Positions 1 to 13,864 of a DNA stretch of 64,000 nt are shown here, piece after piece. Positions within the stretch are counted from its first letter, which is position 1. Each line of letters opens with the position of its first letter. Under the pieces are notes generated by a model. It did no database searches. It saw nothing but the letters and a program-made list of their open reading frames with translations, and was not told the DNA's origin. The position numbers and the translations under genes were made by a program. Location of the stretch: positions 62,001 to 126,000 of the forward strand of contig CBFFRP010000216.1 of the NCBI GenBank assembly GCA_965644295.1, in the 5' to 3' direction. This stretch comes from Paraphysomonas bandaiensis (Eukaryota > Protista > Chrysophyceae).

Positions 1-25
1 TCTACACTAGCATTAACTACAAATA

Positions 26-613
26 TTATATCAGAATAGGGTTTATATCAGAGGAGCTTGATGGCAAATCTGGAGCTGTTTCGAACACATTGGGTACACC
101 CCGGACAATATTTCCCAGGAATGTCTCGCTTAGCGCCTTGAGTTCCGGGTTGCTATGGGTGCATAGAAACTTAGCAGCATCCACTCGCAACTTCTTTTCC
201 AACTGCCTGTCGTCAGGTGCACTATTAGAAACTGAATTAGTGGTACCAGCACTGTTCGATGCTTGTTTCAACTTATTCTTTTTGCCTTTCTTCGAAGACC
301 GCGTCCTCTTCACAGACCCGTCCTGGAATTTCTTAGCTAAATCCATGATCTCTTCCTTCATTTCTACGGGGGTGATACCCCACAGACGAATAACTTTTCT
401 TTTTTGAAAAGGTTTCATATCATCCCATGATTTAAAGCGATCGTAGTAGGGAGGAATAGCGCCCTCCTTCTCTACCCAGCTAAGGATCATGTCTTGGAAA
501 TTCTCAGTCGTGAAGCCATCTGGAAGGTTCACTTGGTCCACAGCCTCTGCAGTTACAGGTTCAGATGTCTGCTCCACACCATCCTCTTTCGACACCACAC
601 CAACAGATGACAT
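26..613 (-). CDS. Hypothetical protein (195 aa) with a basic, NLS-like segment
   Basis: Intact ATG-initiated ORF with protein-like composition; no family recognised. Confidence 0.5.
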   Translation of the reverse strand: MSSVGVVSKEDGVEQTSEPVTAEAVDQVNLPDGFTTENFQDMILSWVEKEGAIPPYYDRFKSWDDMKPFQKRKVIRLWGITPVEMKEEIMDLAKKFQDGSVKRTRSSKKGKKNKLKQASNSAGTTNSVSNSAPDDRQLEKKLRVDAAKFLCTHSNPELKALSETFLGNIVRGVPNVFETAPDLPSSSSDINPILI

Positions 614-2183
614 ATTGAATACTACTCCTTATATATTGAATCTTTGGAATGTATTTACAGTATTTGAAATGGTGCTCAACTATCGTATTATCGTACTACT
701 CGATACAAACAAATCAACCAACTCTCAAAATTTTTACATACCCACATATCGATATTGTTGTCTGGATACTGCTGTATGTGTCGTATGTGGAATATTCAAA
801 AAATTACTTCACCTAAAATTTCACAAAAAATATAGTAAAAAAATATCGATCTTGAAGGACAGTTTTTGTTTTCAATAAATAGCGAAATCTGCTATCTATA
901 CAGCAAAAAAAAACTAGTTTTGATATAATCCACACCATCGACATGGACAGATGTGTCCATCAATACACAGCAGGGTAAGACGGCTACACAGCACAGAGTC
1001 TTAAGCTCGATATGAGCGAGATATCAGATACGAATGATACTACTTGTAACAACAGATCATTTATGATCAGAGGATGTTGCCACAGGGTTCTGTTTATAAG
1101 TCGACACAAGTGAATTGCTTAACTCATGAAGTGGTGTGTTGTACATCCAGTGACAATACTATAGAGAGGAGCACAGCGAAGGACAGCCATAGCACTTGAA
1201 TAATATGCCGTTGTCTGCAACAAATGGCGTTCGTTTTCTATAAGCTCTCTCTCTCTATAGACTTCTTTATCACTGGCTTAACATATGGAGTCGTCAAGAG
1301 CACGATGTGAGGAGGTATCACGAGCATAACTATCGGTATGAAGCATATTATATTACAGAGCACCACATCCACCCGTATATATATACAGAGCAGTTGATGT
1401 TCAGAACTTACTAGACACTAGCGTATGTTGATGTCAATCTTCTTCACCAGCACTTATCGAAGTATGATTTCTTCAGGTGGTGAAACCCACTGTGTATTCT
1501 CTTTTGTAGGCTGGCTTCAAATAGTCCATTTTAAATTTTATATTGCTTGTTTCTAGAATTTTCAGCACTAGTTTTTCAATTTAAAATATGTTGTCATCAA
1601 AATAAATTTTAATGTACAGATTTCACTACTTCTTATATATATACTATATACAGTATACAGAGATATCTTACTGGATGAACTACACAGACCCTTTTCACTT
1701 GGCGATATTCTAAACAGTTGTGACACATAGATGTCAGATTGTTTACTGAGTATATATTTCGACGATATATTTCATGTATCTTTAGTATATTTTGTTCTCG
1801 CTAAGCAGTGTTATGTACGAAATAATTGAATATGAGTGTTACAGCACACTCCCAGAACTGAATATGAGTGTACGAGATGTACGATTGCAATTTCATACAA
1901 ATCATTTCACGAGTAAATACATTAACAGAATACAGGCTGTACGTCGCTATACAAAAAATTCACAAACTAATAGTAGATTACGGTTTATCTCCCAATTGCT
2001 TCTTCGGTTGCTATCCAAAAAATATAGGTACAGGTCTAGAGGGAAAGGAACACCCATCAAGTTACCAATCAATAGAAATACCAGAAATGTTCATATGTAA
2101 AATGTATTACTTGTAGCGTTAATAATATATTAAATGAAAACAGGAATAATGTCCCATTAACACATAAAATGTACATGGTGCTA

Positions 2184-5100
2184 CTACAACGCAGTGCCTT
2201 CATGTTCTTCTTGAAATCTACTTCTACGGACAAGAACCATTGACCCACTAGCACCTTTCATGTAGTATCCATAATTGACTCCCCGTGTCACATCTGCGCT
2301 CTGAGGGAATTTGGGTCTACTCTGCGTATTCGATACATTCGACGATTTTATATTCAACCCGGCAACCCATATCAAAAAAGACTCTTCATACAGGACCCTA
2401 GTATCAATTCCCTCGTTCGAAACCAACACCTACATACATTGTAATGTAAGCAATTGAAAACATCATGACGCTGACAAACCTTTAAAAGGCTATTTTCAAA
2501 CGCTTCGTATTTTTGATTGGTCCCATTGCTAAAATACTCCTTAATGGCTTCAGTGTCACGACTTAATACAAATCGCTCAAACACCCATCTGCATAGCTCC
2601 TTTGCCTCAGATTCAGGCACATAGCCTTTATTCGCGACGTCAATTTCATTGAATTGGTTTCGACATTTGCTAAGATCACTCTCAGGATGTTCGGTAAGAT
2701 GGTTGATTCGCCAGGTAGACACCCGCTTGCTTACTTTTCGGGTGGCAGGTTTGTGCGATCTGTGTATATTCTCTTGTAATTCGATTTGGGAATTCGAGTT
2801 AACTAATCTCTGTGTGCCCGATTCGAATTGAATATCACGGTTTCGGTCTTCCACTCCATGCAGAAGCTGGTCGGTCCGCTGTCCAACTGTTCTTCGCCAT
2901 GTAGACTCGGCAGATCCAACTCTAGTCTCAGTTTGAGTACTTTGGTAGTCCGAAGGCGTTGTTCGACGTAAACCGGGTATTCTGCAGAAAGTACTGAACA
3001 GCGATAGTTTTGGCCTATGAGGAGAATGTCTGACGCGCATTCTTCTTATATCTTTAGGGATATTGAGTGCATCACGACGAATGTAAGGGGTTCGAAATGA
3101 ATTCTGCTCCTGATCTATATCTGCTGAGGCACCCAGGTCATGCAAATTTGCTTCAAAACTTGTAATCATATTTATACTCTCTGATTTCTCATCCGCTTCA
3201 CTATGATCGTCGTCCAATACACCACTTAACTCGACACTCATGTCGGCAACAGAGTGGCTTGGTGCCACCCCGCCGAGTACACACTTTAATCTATCAAGGC
3301 TGTCTCGTTTCTTAGAGTCCTGGTCATCGTCAGTGCTTTTCATTTGAACTTCATCATAATAATCCTCCGCAGCGAAATCATGCGGTGTCTGGTCAGGAAG
3401 ACGTAGCAGTAAATTCATATTTCGCCATTTCACTCCACACCGCTTTCGTCTGCTCATATTTCGTTCTTCTTCCGCGTGAGTCCAATCCTCCCATTTCGCT
3501 ATAAACCAATCTTTCACGCATTCCAAAGGATTCGCAGCTGCTCGGGTAAGAATTTTTACAGACTTCCATCCCGTCATCGGGTCCTTAGCACGAGTGAGCA
3601 TTGCCCGCCTAGAGGCCCGCGATGGTCTCATTACAAACACATAGTACAATGTACACAGAGTGACAACGACATAGACGGCGACAAGTAGATACACTGATGT
3701 TGAAAGCATTAGATTATTGAGAAGAAGAAAGCTTCCCCATATTATCGACACAATTATGTCGAAAAACATACTCTGCGAATAGGAATGACACTGCTACAAA
3801 TAAGTAACTGAAAAAACTCACCTGAATATCTTCTCCAGCAAGTCCAAATAATGTGGGTAAGCCGACCAATATCATTCCCATAAACGGAAGTTTACTACGC
3901 CGACGCTGTCGAATAATGTCCAACTCGTCGTCGTTGATACTATTGAGCAGTCGGCTTGAAGGCAAGTGACGGACAACTTCTACACGACTGGCACGACATG
4001 CAGCAGAAAAGTGTTGAACCACTTTAACATCTGTGGAATCAAACCAATTGTTTAGTACTTTCTTTACCGTGACCTGATTCAGTGCATTATAAATATGCCT
4101 TAACTGTGGCTGCATATACTCAATCGCAACCACGTGGACGATAATAATCAACAAGAGCTGAGCAACAAAAAAGTCTTCAATTAAAGCAAACACAACTTGA
4201 ATAGCCCACACTTTAAACACGGCGTTACCATTGGAGACAGCCCATAGCAATACCCATGTGAACATAAATAACAGTAACACATACTGCAATACCCAACCCC
4301 CCATCCAGTAATAGCAATCAATCTTCTCTGGATTGGACATATCAAATTGAAATAATTCTTGTTCAAGAGCAAGACGTTGCAATGGTGGCATTTGATCCAA
4401 TACAAAGTGTTGCATGAGCAAAGTATCTCTGTTGTCTTCCTCGTCAGCATCAAACATACTAAGTTCTTCTACTATTGAAGCGTACTTTCTTCGAACTCGA
4501 CATAATTTACTTCGTAAATATTTCTCGTGGGACCCGAATAGTATCCACTGATACCATGTCAACGGGCACGGCGACCCATCTGGGTTCAACCCGATGAAAT
4601 TCATAATAGCCTCGCGGCGCTTCAATTGAGCCAATCGATTAGCTCCATCTGTCTCTCTCAAATCTGCGGAATTTGGGATATGCCAAGGAAGCGGCTGCTG
4701 TAGCAAGTCCTTGTTAAGAAGTCGCTTGATTGATCGCACAACGAAATCGAGCTCCTCGTCAACCGAGCACACATCATAGTACCGTAATATTGCCAAGTGA
4801 TCGTTTGCTTCATCCACAGCACAGTCATCGGCGAAAACAGTTTTTCCTAACTCAGATATACGCACCAAGTCGTCGTTTTTATGACGGTAAATCCACCAAT
4901 CAAACAGGCTTGTAAACCAATCAGGCAGTCCGGATTGTTCAAAATCTGGCTGCTTACTGCAAACCTCCATAAGGAGATAATAACTACAGGCCTTCGGAGC
5001 GGCGGCAAACACTGTAATTATCACAGTGAGGACCACAAAAAACAACAGTGTCTCCGGGGGCGGCTCCAGTTCGCAGGTGTGGTTTCTTTCAACCCAACGG

Positions 5101-8100
5101 CACATTGGCTCCTGACCAAACGCACGTGACTGCTCGTGCAAACAATTGTATTCATTGTCACCATCATATCCTGAGTGCTGCTGGCACGTCGCATCATCTG
5201 GATAAAATAGACCAAAAAACAAGCTATCTAAAAATATTATAATCATAACTTCAGTACAGAGATTCAAGTATCGTATCGTTCGAGGAACACGTATCGATGG
5301 GTAAGTAAACGGTCGTATCCAAGGATGTTCCCTCAACACAGCATTTCTAAACCGTAAAATACGTTTCCGTTGTGTCAACAATCCGGTCGAATTCAATACA
5401 TTATCAAAAAACTGGACCACCAATTCTTCGAGAGTGGATACTTCTTCTGGGGTGGTCACAAAGCCCATTCGGCTGTTTGCAGATGACAATTTAAAACTTG
5501 AGCTCATTGATGAGAAGGCTCTGCTCAAGGCACGCCGTGCAGAATCACGACTCTTCCCATCTGAGGAGGCAAAGATTTCTCCGTCGTTACGTGCCTTCTT
5601 TTTTGTCTTCTTACCGCGACTAGTTCGTTTTTCAGCTTGTACAATATACTTATGATAATTCTTATCAATTCCATCCCACCAAGCAAAATAAAAGTATCCT
5701 GCGACCAAGAGAAAGACGAGAGTCCCAGTGAACGATATGGCGCCGATAGATCTCGCAAAATCCGACGGTCTCAACCGGTCAATAAACGGTGCTTCGATCA
5801 GAGCACCGGCAGATGTTGTAAGTCCACCATACTGTGATACCTCCGTATCTGAAGAGGACGCAGCAGAGTCCTCAACATCAATTTGTAGTCTTCGACGACC
5901 CGATGTTCCAATTTCCCTTCTGCGATGCCTTCTGTCTTCCATATTCCGTCGCCGTTCTCCCCGATGAGTATCTGCAAAATGCACCGCCGTGATACGTTTG
6001 TGTGTTCGATCTCGTGAGCCGAGTCTTCGGCTGGACTCCACGCCACTATTAACCGACGCAGCAGAGCACAGTCCTGCTGTGATATTAGCACAAACACATG
6101 TCATATTATACGGGGTGAAATCAGTGACATTACAGTAAGGAACGTAAGTCGTGTTGGATGTTGCAATATCGAGATTATCTACAAACAGTCTAGTGCAGAT
6201 AGGTGTTGCGTTTGATGAGTTGAAAATCTGAGGTTCATTGAAAGCAGCTACAAACGAGAAGGTATCTTCAAAATTTATATTTTCAGAATTTGGCGATGGA
6301 GAGTCTGTAGTACTGGAAAATCGCAATAAACTTGTCTGCAGTGCTGATGTGTTATATGGATTTCCCCGTGAGGAGTATTCCAGGATAGAGTACTGAGAAT
6401 ATATCCCGTTATCAGACGAGCCACATGCTTGTAGGCCGTCACTCGGAAGTGTAATATACGACTTGGTTAGGTTGTAAACTTCTTCTTCCTCAGTCCGAGG
6501 TGGCCACAGAATGGTGTTACCAAGTTCCGTTGCGACATCATAACCTATGCGCACTGTAAATCCTGATGTTGTGACGATCACATCAGATTGTCCTTGTACC
6601 ATATCGGATTGCAGACTAGAGATAAGAATATCAATAGAAAAAGTAACCATATCCCTGGCAGTATCATCAGCTGCATGTGATGAAAAACGAGCCAATCCAC
6701 TCGATAAGATATCCACGTAATCTCCGGGTAGCTCACTTAGATATCCACTCTCCACAATATCCATAATTACCAGGATAGCTTGTCCGCAAGCACCGTATGC
6801 CCCCATTGGAGAACTAGAATTTATTTCATCAGGTACCAGGTTCAAAATAAATGGACCTACAAGGGCCTCAAGAGTGCTTGATGAAACGTCCAGAAAATCA
6901 GAGGAGTTGACAAGGGCTTCACACAACTGATTGCGGGAAAACTCTCTACTTGCCAGCTGGGATGAATTGTACTGACATGCAACTCCACCGTATCCACTGA
7001 AACATGTACATTGTGCGGAGCAAAAGCGATTATTGACAGTACAAGCTAATTCATTCATAACTTCGCCATTCCCATTAACGTAGGAACAAATGCCATTACC
7101 TGAACAAACTCCGTCAATTAATCCAGTCGAAGATGGGCATTGCTTTGTATACAACTCACAAACACCACTGTGACCACAAAATCCCAACAAACACTGCGTT
7201 GATTCGGAGCATGTATCACCAATATACGACACCCCCAGCGATGTGGTGGCCTCGTAATTGCTGTCTGTTGCCCCGCCAATAGAATAGCAAGGCGTATTCG
7301 AATCTCCCACAACTCCAGTAAATCCTGTCAGACAGGAACCGCACGTATTAATCGTTGTATCACACTTGTTACGGTTGTAGGTCTCGCTACAGTTGGCAAC
7401 AGCAGGAGCAGAACAATTTACGGCTCCCAAAACTGTGGCAACTTCTGCCGTAGCGGTGAGAACACTATCAACATCATACATCTCCAAAAGGTCTGGTAGT
7501 TTAGATAAAATTTCTTCGGATATCTGCTCGACAGAAACATCTTCATCCAGTACAGAAATCACTGGAGCATCAACTGTTACTGCCGCATCATTGAAATCAG
7601 CTACACGTACTGTGCAATACACAGTGTAGTTGGTGCTCTCCAGACCTGGGCTTAGACGGGACGCCGCATACGGGGATTCAGACGCACTCTGTATAGTGTA
7701 CTCTACGAAAGTGCTACTACTTTGCCGAGGAGTGAGAGAGTACTTAAATGTGAAATAAAGTGGATAATCATCGGCATCGTCGCTCCATCCTGCAGCCACT
7801 AGCATAAATTCGGTACGGAGTGCGCTTCCAATACTCGGTGTTACAACTAAAGTGCCAGAATGAGGTGGTCCATTCGACGTCAGATATATTTCTGTATATG
7901 TAGAAACTCCGTTACCATCAATAGCTTCTAATCTAAACGTGTACTCCCGACCAGCTGTGAATGAATTAGCAGCAGCGCTGTATGGGAACGATATCGTGAT
8001 ACTTGATGAAGAGGAAGTGGGGATAAATGACCTTGAAGTTCGTGTGAGCCCAACCCCGTCGTCACTCAAGGAAACCCTACTATCACTTTCTAATAACCAC

Positions 8101-11100
8101 ATCATATCAACAGGCCCATCTGTTGCTACAATCGCATCTATGGTCAATCTACTGTTTACGTTAAAAAGCGAAAACGAAGATAGTATTTCAACAGACACAT
8201 TAGAAGATTGGCTTGCAACTTCGACACTGACACTCTGTGAGCTGGATCGATCGTTATCTGTAGCAGTTACTGTAAATGTAAGCATTCTATTGGCAGTCAG
8301 TAGAGATGCGGGCACATTGCACATAGCCCCATCAGCACAGTCCATTATTTCGTCGTCACAACTACTCCCAAATGATGCATCTATATCGTCAAATTGACAA
8401 GACCAGCTGAACTGTAGTCCTGAAGAGTCACCAGATTCTAGGTCCAAGTCAACAGTATTAGATGCATCCAATAACAAAGGGGCGTCGGGCGGAACTAAGC
8501 GATTCAAACCGCCTTCTACAACAACATATATATCTCCTTTTTCTACATATATGGTGGTCAATGCAGAAGATGTGACATTGTTTTCTGTAGTCGCAATCAC
8601 ATTGACTTGATACTCATATCCCGACGGTAGAGTATAAGGGTCAAGTGATAGCCGAGTTGGATTAGTGGATGTCGAATCCACGTCAATGAAAACAAAATTC
8701 TGATATATGCTCCACGTATATGTCAGCAATGAGGCAAACTCACATGATGACTGTGCACTAGCAGAGATTACAATGGCAGATGATGATGAGACAGTGCGAT
8801 ACGCGCGTCCAATAATTCTTACCAATGGAGCTTCAGATGATGATATAATATCAATATCTCGTGATGCTACATCAATATCACTCTCAGTAATATCTTGAAG
8901 GTAATTTTCAAACCCAACGCTGATCGTTAATGTTAGAGAAGTAATGTCACTTGAATTTAACATTTCTGTCAGTACTTTGGAAGGAACTTCAATCAAAGGG
9001 GAGTCAAATAATCTTGATGAAGCTTCAAACAATAGATTTTCGATAGGCATGGTATTGACTTCAGAGATGGAAGGGGTAACGTACCAATAAACCGATTTCC
9101 ACTGACGTCCACCGTGACCTCTAGACAGAGAGGTATCAATAACGAGATCTTCGCACGCCCCAACAAAGGGCGGCATTATTATAGATGGTACAGGTGAAAC
9201 TGAGTTCACGGGATAGCTTGACACTTGTGTGACTTCTGAAGCAGCAGAGTATGTTTCACAGCCACTGGCGGCTATGCACTCAGCATATAACAACCCGCCA
9301 AGGGCAGTAATGTTATCTCCTGGCAACAATGTGGACGAAAACGAAAAAGTTGCAGTTACCTCGGATGAACTCCTCCACACACAACTCGTTTCATCCGCAT
9401 TAGAAAAAATAAATAACAAACTGCATGGCCATAAATCAGTCGTCAACAAGTCTGATAACCGGCTGAGATCAATATTACCATCAAATACAAGACTCATGCC
9501 TATACCCGAGTCCAAAAACGTTGCGCTGCGAAGAAGTGGAGGATCAGGGAGAGGAGTGGTGGAGATAATTGTAGTGGATGCTGTCATTGTGCTGACGTAA
9601 TATTCTTCATCTGGACCAGAAATATTTAACTGCACTTTGAATTCACCCAATGCACCGTCACTGGACGCCAAAACAAACGTACCGGTGAGCCTTTTGTCGG
9701 ATTTGGCAGTAGGATAAAATGAAATTGATGGAGGCAATGCAGATACTGTTCCCTCTCCTGATGCTGAGGTTACCCACGGTGTAATGATCACTCCAATCGA
9801 CGGAGTTGCAGATAGTGAATACGTAAATTGATATAACTTTCGGTTGGCAACTCCTGTGTATGCACTGACATCGCCGTTTACTTGAGAGGGTACATTCATA
9901 AATGTTACAAATCGGCAGCAATCAGTTGTAGCTGACACCTTCCTCTCTGTAGCATCATCAATCGACATAGCATTTCCATAGGAATCTTCAGCATAGCAAT
10001 ACACATCATACTCGTAGCTAGCAAATAAACCTCTAATGGTCAACGATTGCTCGTAACTTATCGCTGCAAATTGTTTCCGCCTCGGGGCTGAAACAGAAAA
10101 ACCTCGAGATCTAATTTGAGATACAGCAGATATAGAAACCCCTGAAACAAATGCTCCGCAATAAACCAATCCCCCATAACCACGAGTCGTCGTGTTGAGA
10201 GTAAGGGCAATAGTATTTCTTCCTGGTATCACAGAAGTGATTGTAAAGTCTGGTACAGATTCAGGTACGACGATGTGTGAGTGCACTGCAATTGCACCTG
10301 CAGCTTTCACACCATCAAAAGTCGACCCAGCACATGACTTAGAAGATAATGGTGAAAATACGAAATCGGACAGGGTAGGCACGAGGCAGGACTCAGATAT
10401 TTCACTGCAGTTTATGCAAAGCTGTTGCTTCTTCAGAACTTTCCAAGTTGCCCCTGCACAATAATATGTCCCGGGTGTATTTGAAAGCAGCGCTGTTATA
10501 ATATCTAACACCACGCTATTGTCAGAACAACTGATGTTGAGTATAGTAGGGGCATTGATGCCTATGTCACGGTGCACTGTGGCATACCACACTTCAATAT
10601 GGGTAAATATAACCTTGAATGGCGAATCCTCGAAATTTATTCTCAAATAATTTCTCCATGTCGAAGCAGCAGAAAGGTAGTCATCTCTGTTGCCAGCAGA
10701 AAAATAATACTCTGCTCCGCCTGCAGATAATACGAACTCCGGTAATACTGAAGCAGGATCAAATGAGGAGAAATACGATGAAGGAGCTGTGGTAGGGATC
10801 TTGGTGGGCGCATAGGTAGGAAGGGGTGTAGGTCTTCCAGGAATTACTGTTGGGTTAAGGGTAGGTGAAACGCTAGGTCTATGAGATGGAGAGAATGTTG
10901 GTGCAAAAGACAGAATGGATGTTGGAGGGCTAGTTGGGTCAGCAGACGGTGCCTTCAAGGGGGCGCTTGTTGGTGCATCCGAAAGCATTACTGTTGGGAA
11001 CCCAGTAGGAATCGAGCTCGGTAGTAGCGTCAGAAAGGTTGTAGGCTCCGCAGCAGGCGAAAGCAAAGGCATCGTAAAACTTGGTTCGCAAGTCGGTGAG

Positions 11101-13338
11101 GATTCATGTGTGGGGGATAAGGATGGAAAATAGATACTCTCATGTGAATCAGAGAGTTCAAGTGAAAGTATTGACGAAAATTCAATTGAATGAGTAGAAT
11201 AACTACTACTATCATCACTATAGGAGTAATAATCATCACTGAATCCATTATTCGTACTGAAATGTTGAGACATTAGCGATTCCGAGTAAGAGAATGATAA
11301 ACCCGAGACTTGAGATAGATCGTCACTAAAGTGTTCAAGTTGAGAAAACTGGTTGCTCTCTGAAAACAGACCACTGTCCGAATACGTAAAACCTTCAGAA
11401 AACTGACTGCTCTCTGAAAACTGACCGCTGTCCGAATAAGTAAAACTTTCAGAAAACTGACTGCTCTCTGAAAACAGACCACTGTCCGAATACGTAAAAC
11501 CTTCAGAAAACTGACTGCTCTCTGAAAACTGACCGCTGTCCGAATACTCAATCCTGTCAGAAAACTGGCTGCTCTCTGAAAACTGACCGCTGTCCGAATA
11601 CTCAATCCTGTCAGAAAATTGACCGCTGTCCGAATACGTAAAACTTTCAGAAAACTGACCACTGTCCGAATACGTAAAACTTTCAGAAAACTGACTGCTC
11701 TCTGAAAACTGACCGCTGTCCGAATACGTAAAACCTTCAGAAAACTGACTGCTCTCTGAAAACTGACCGCTGTCCGAATACGTAAAACTTTCAGAAAACT
11801 GACCACTGTCCGAATACGTAAAACTTTCAGTAAACTGACCACTATCAGAAAACTGACCGCTGTCCGAATACTCAATCCTGTCAGAAAACTGACCACTGTC
11901 CGAATACGTAAAACTTTCAGAAAACTGACCGCTGTCCGAATACGTGAAGCTCACAGAAAACTGACTGCTCTCTGAAAACAGACCACTGTCCGAATACTCA
12001 ATCCTGTCAGAAAACTGACCACTGTCCGAATACGTAAAACTTTCAGAAAACTGACTGCTCTCTGAAAACTGACCGCTGTCCGAATACGTGAAGCTCACAG
12101 AAAACTGACTGCTCTCTGAAAACAGACCACTGTCCGAATACTCAATCCTCTCAGAAAACTGACCACTGTCCGAATACGTAAAACTTTCAGAAAACTTACT
12201 GCTATCAGAAAATTGACCAATGTCCGAATACGTGAAGCTCACAGAAAACATGTAACTGTATGAATATCCATATGAGAAAAATAGACCACTAGAAAAATCA
12301 TAACTAGCGCTGAAATCTAACACATCATCATCTCGAATAAAATCATCGGAACTTAAAAACATATCACTGTACATGTCCAAAAATATGGTGGGATACAAGG
12401 TAGGAAAGGGTGTCGTATCTGTATACGTTGGATCCAAACAATTGTACGGTGAGTCCCCGCACGTGTATTCTTCCGTATCCATACACGATTCTGGGCAGCA
12501 GTCTCCACCATCCCAATTGCATTCCTCAGTATTATATCCCCCACGGTTATCACAGAACCCGTTTCCAACATTTTCTATGTTTCCCACGCCGCAGATTGAA
12601 GGGGGAGCAGTGGGGATATCGTCGTTAGAATTGAAATTTGTCGGAAAATGTGTCGGAGGAATCAGCGAACCAACTGTAGGAGAAACACTGGGGTGGTCTG
12701 TCAACGAAACTGGAGAGTATGAAGGTGGAGTAGTGCTTGTTTCGTTTTCGGGAGACATGTACCCTATATATAAATCATAGATTCAACATTAGGTGTTTGA
12801 AAAGGTGTATACTCCGCATACCTTCTACTTCAATGGACCCTCTCATAGAGGGGTGCACTTCGCATGAGTACGGATATATTCCCAAAGATCCAAAAACTAC
12901 AGTGTAATTACTTCCCAGACCATTCATGAACAATGAATCAGAAAATGCATTGTTATCGGAATGCACATTGTGAGTAACCAAATCCTCCCACATCCATGTC
13001 ACAGCGGTACCAACAGGTACAACTGTGACACCTTGATCTCCCACTTCAACATGCCAAGGCAATACTACGGCGTACACATACGCCGGATCTAAGCAATTGT
13101 ATGGAGCATCCCCACACGAGTATTCTTCCGTATCCATGCATGATTCTGGGCAGCAGTCACCGCCATCCCAATCACATTCCTCTGTATTGTAATTCCCAAA
13201 CATATCACAGTAGCCATTGCCGATCCGTTCTGGATTTCGAACAACACATTCGCTGAGGACGAACACATTTGATTCCAGGCGAGCTTCACTCAATAAACAG
13301 CTTATGAGGCTCAGTACATAGAAGAAGATTATGGACAT
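2184..13338 (-). CDS. Giant polycystin-1-like surface receptor (~3,665 aa): signal peptide, LNR, cupredoxin, LNR, Ser/Phe/acidic repeats, Pro/Thr stalk, REJ/PKD-like region, EGF-like repeats, GPS-like motif, multiple TM helices, EF-hand-like tail
   Basis: Four ORFs join in frame through GT-AG introns 12764-12821, 3773-3821 and 2430-2479. Motifs: LNR ([20 protein letters not shown]), type-1 Cu ligands (THNV...SCEVHPSM), REJ-like segments ([37 protein letters not shown]...GWSDD), TCVC GPS-like motif, hydrophobic helices. Confidence 0.85.
11330..12260 (-). repeat. Coding tandem array built from 18-bp units ([24 protein letters not shown])
   Basis: Near-identical recurring blocks such as tcagaaaactgaccgctgtccgaatacgtaaaact, in frame within the giant ORF. 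Confidence 0.95.
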
Positions 13339-13864
13339 CGTAATCAAAGGAAATCGTTATCAACGAGATACTATGAACACAGCGTGTGTAGTATACCGGG
13401 AGCAATCATTTAATACCAACAGCAAGACATCCACGCAGGTAACGAAACGGATTAGCTGTGGATTCTTTGTCCCAATGATGCTGTTGTTAGTAGATTATCT
13501 TCCCAACTATAGCCCAGTGAGGGACCAAAGCTCGGACCAAAGTCGGACGATGGGGGTGACCAAATATCAATATTTCAGGACTGTTTTTGTAGGCTATAAA
13601 TCTGAGGTATTTGTATAGTACTGAGAATCTTGGAAGCTATTTTCCCTCGTAGATTCCATAAACTCGACTTTTCAAGTCCACTATAAAAAATCGCATTTTT
13701 TTTCTATTGTTGCAGAAACTCGAAATATCCAACTCTACTCTGCTCTTGTTATACACAGCAGTACAGCAGTATGTAGTCTGCTGTACATTGCTGACCTACA
13801 AACTGCTCTATATACTTCATATACACACAGAGAGCTGAGTGGGATTGATTTGATTATATGAGCG

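Noticed and set aside
11273-11896. 207-aa alternative-frame ORF in the repeat array
   Set aside because: Frame shadow of the 18-bp-unit repeat
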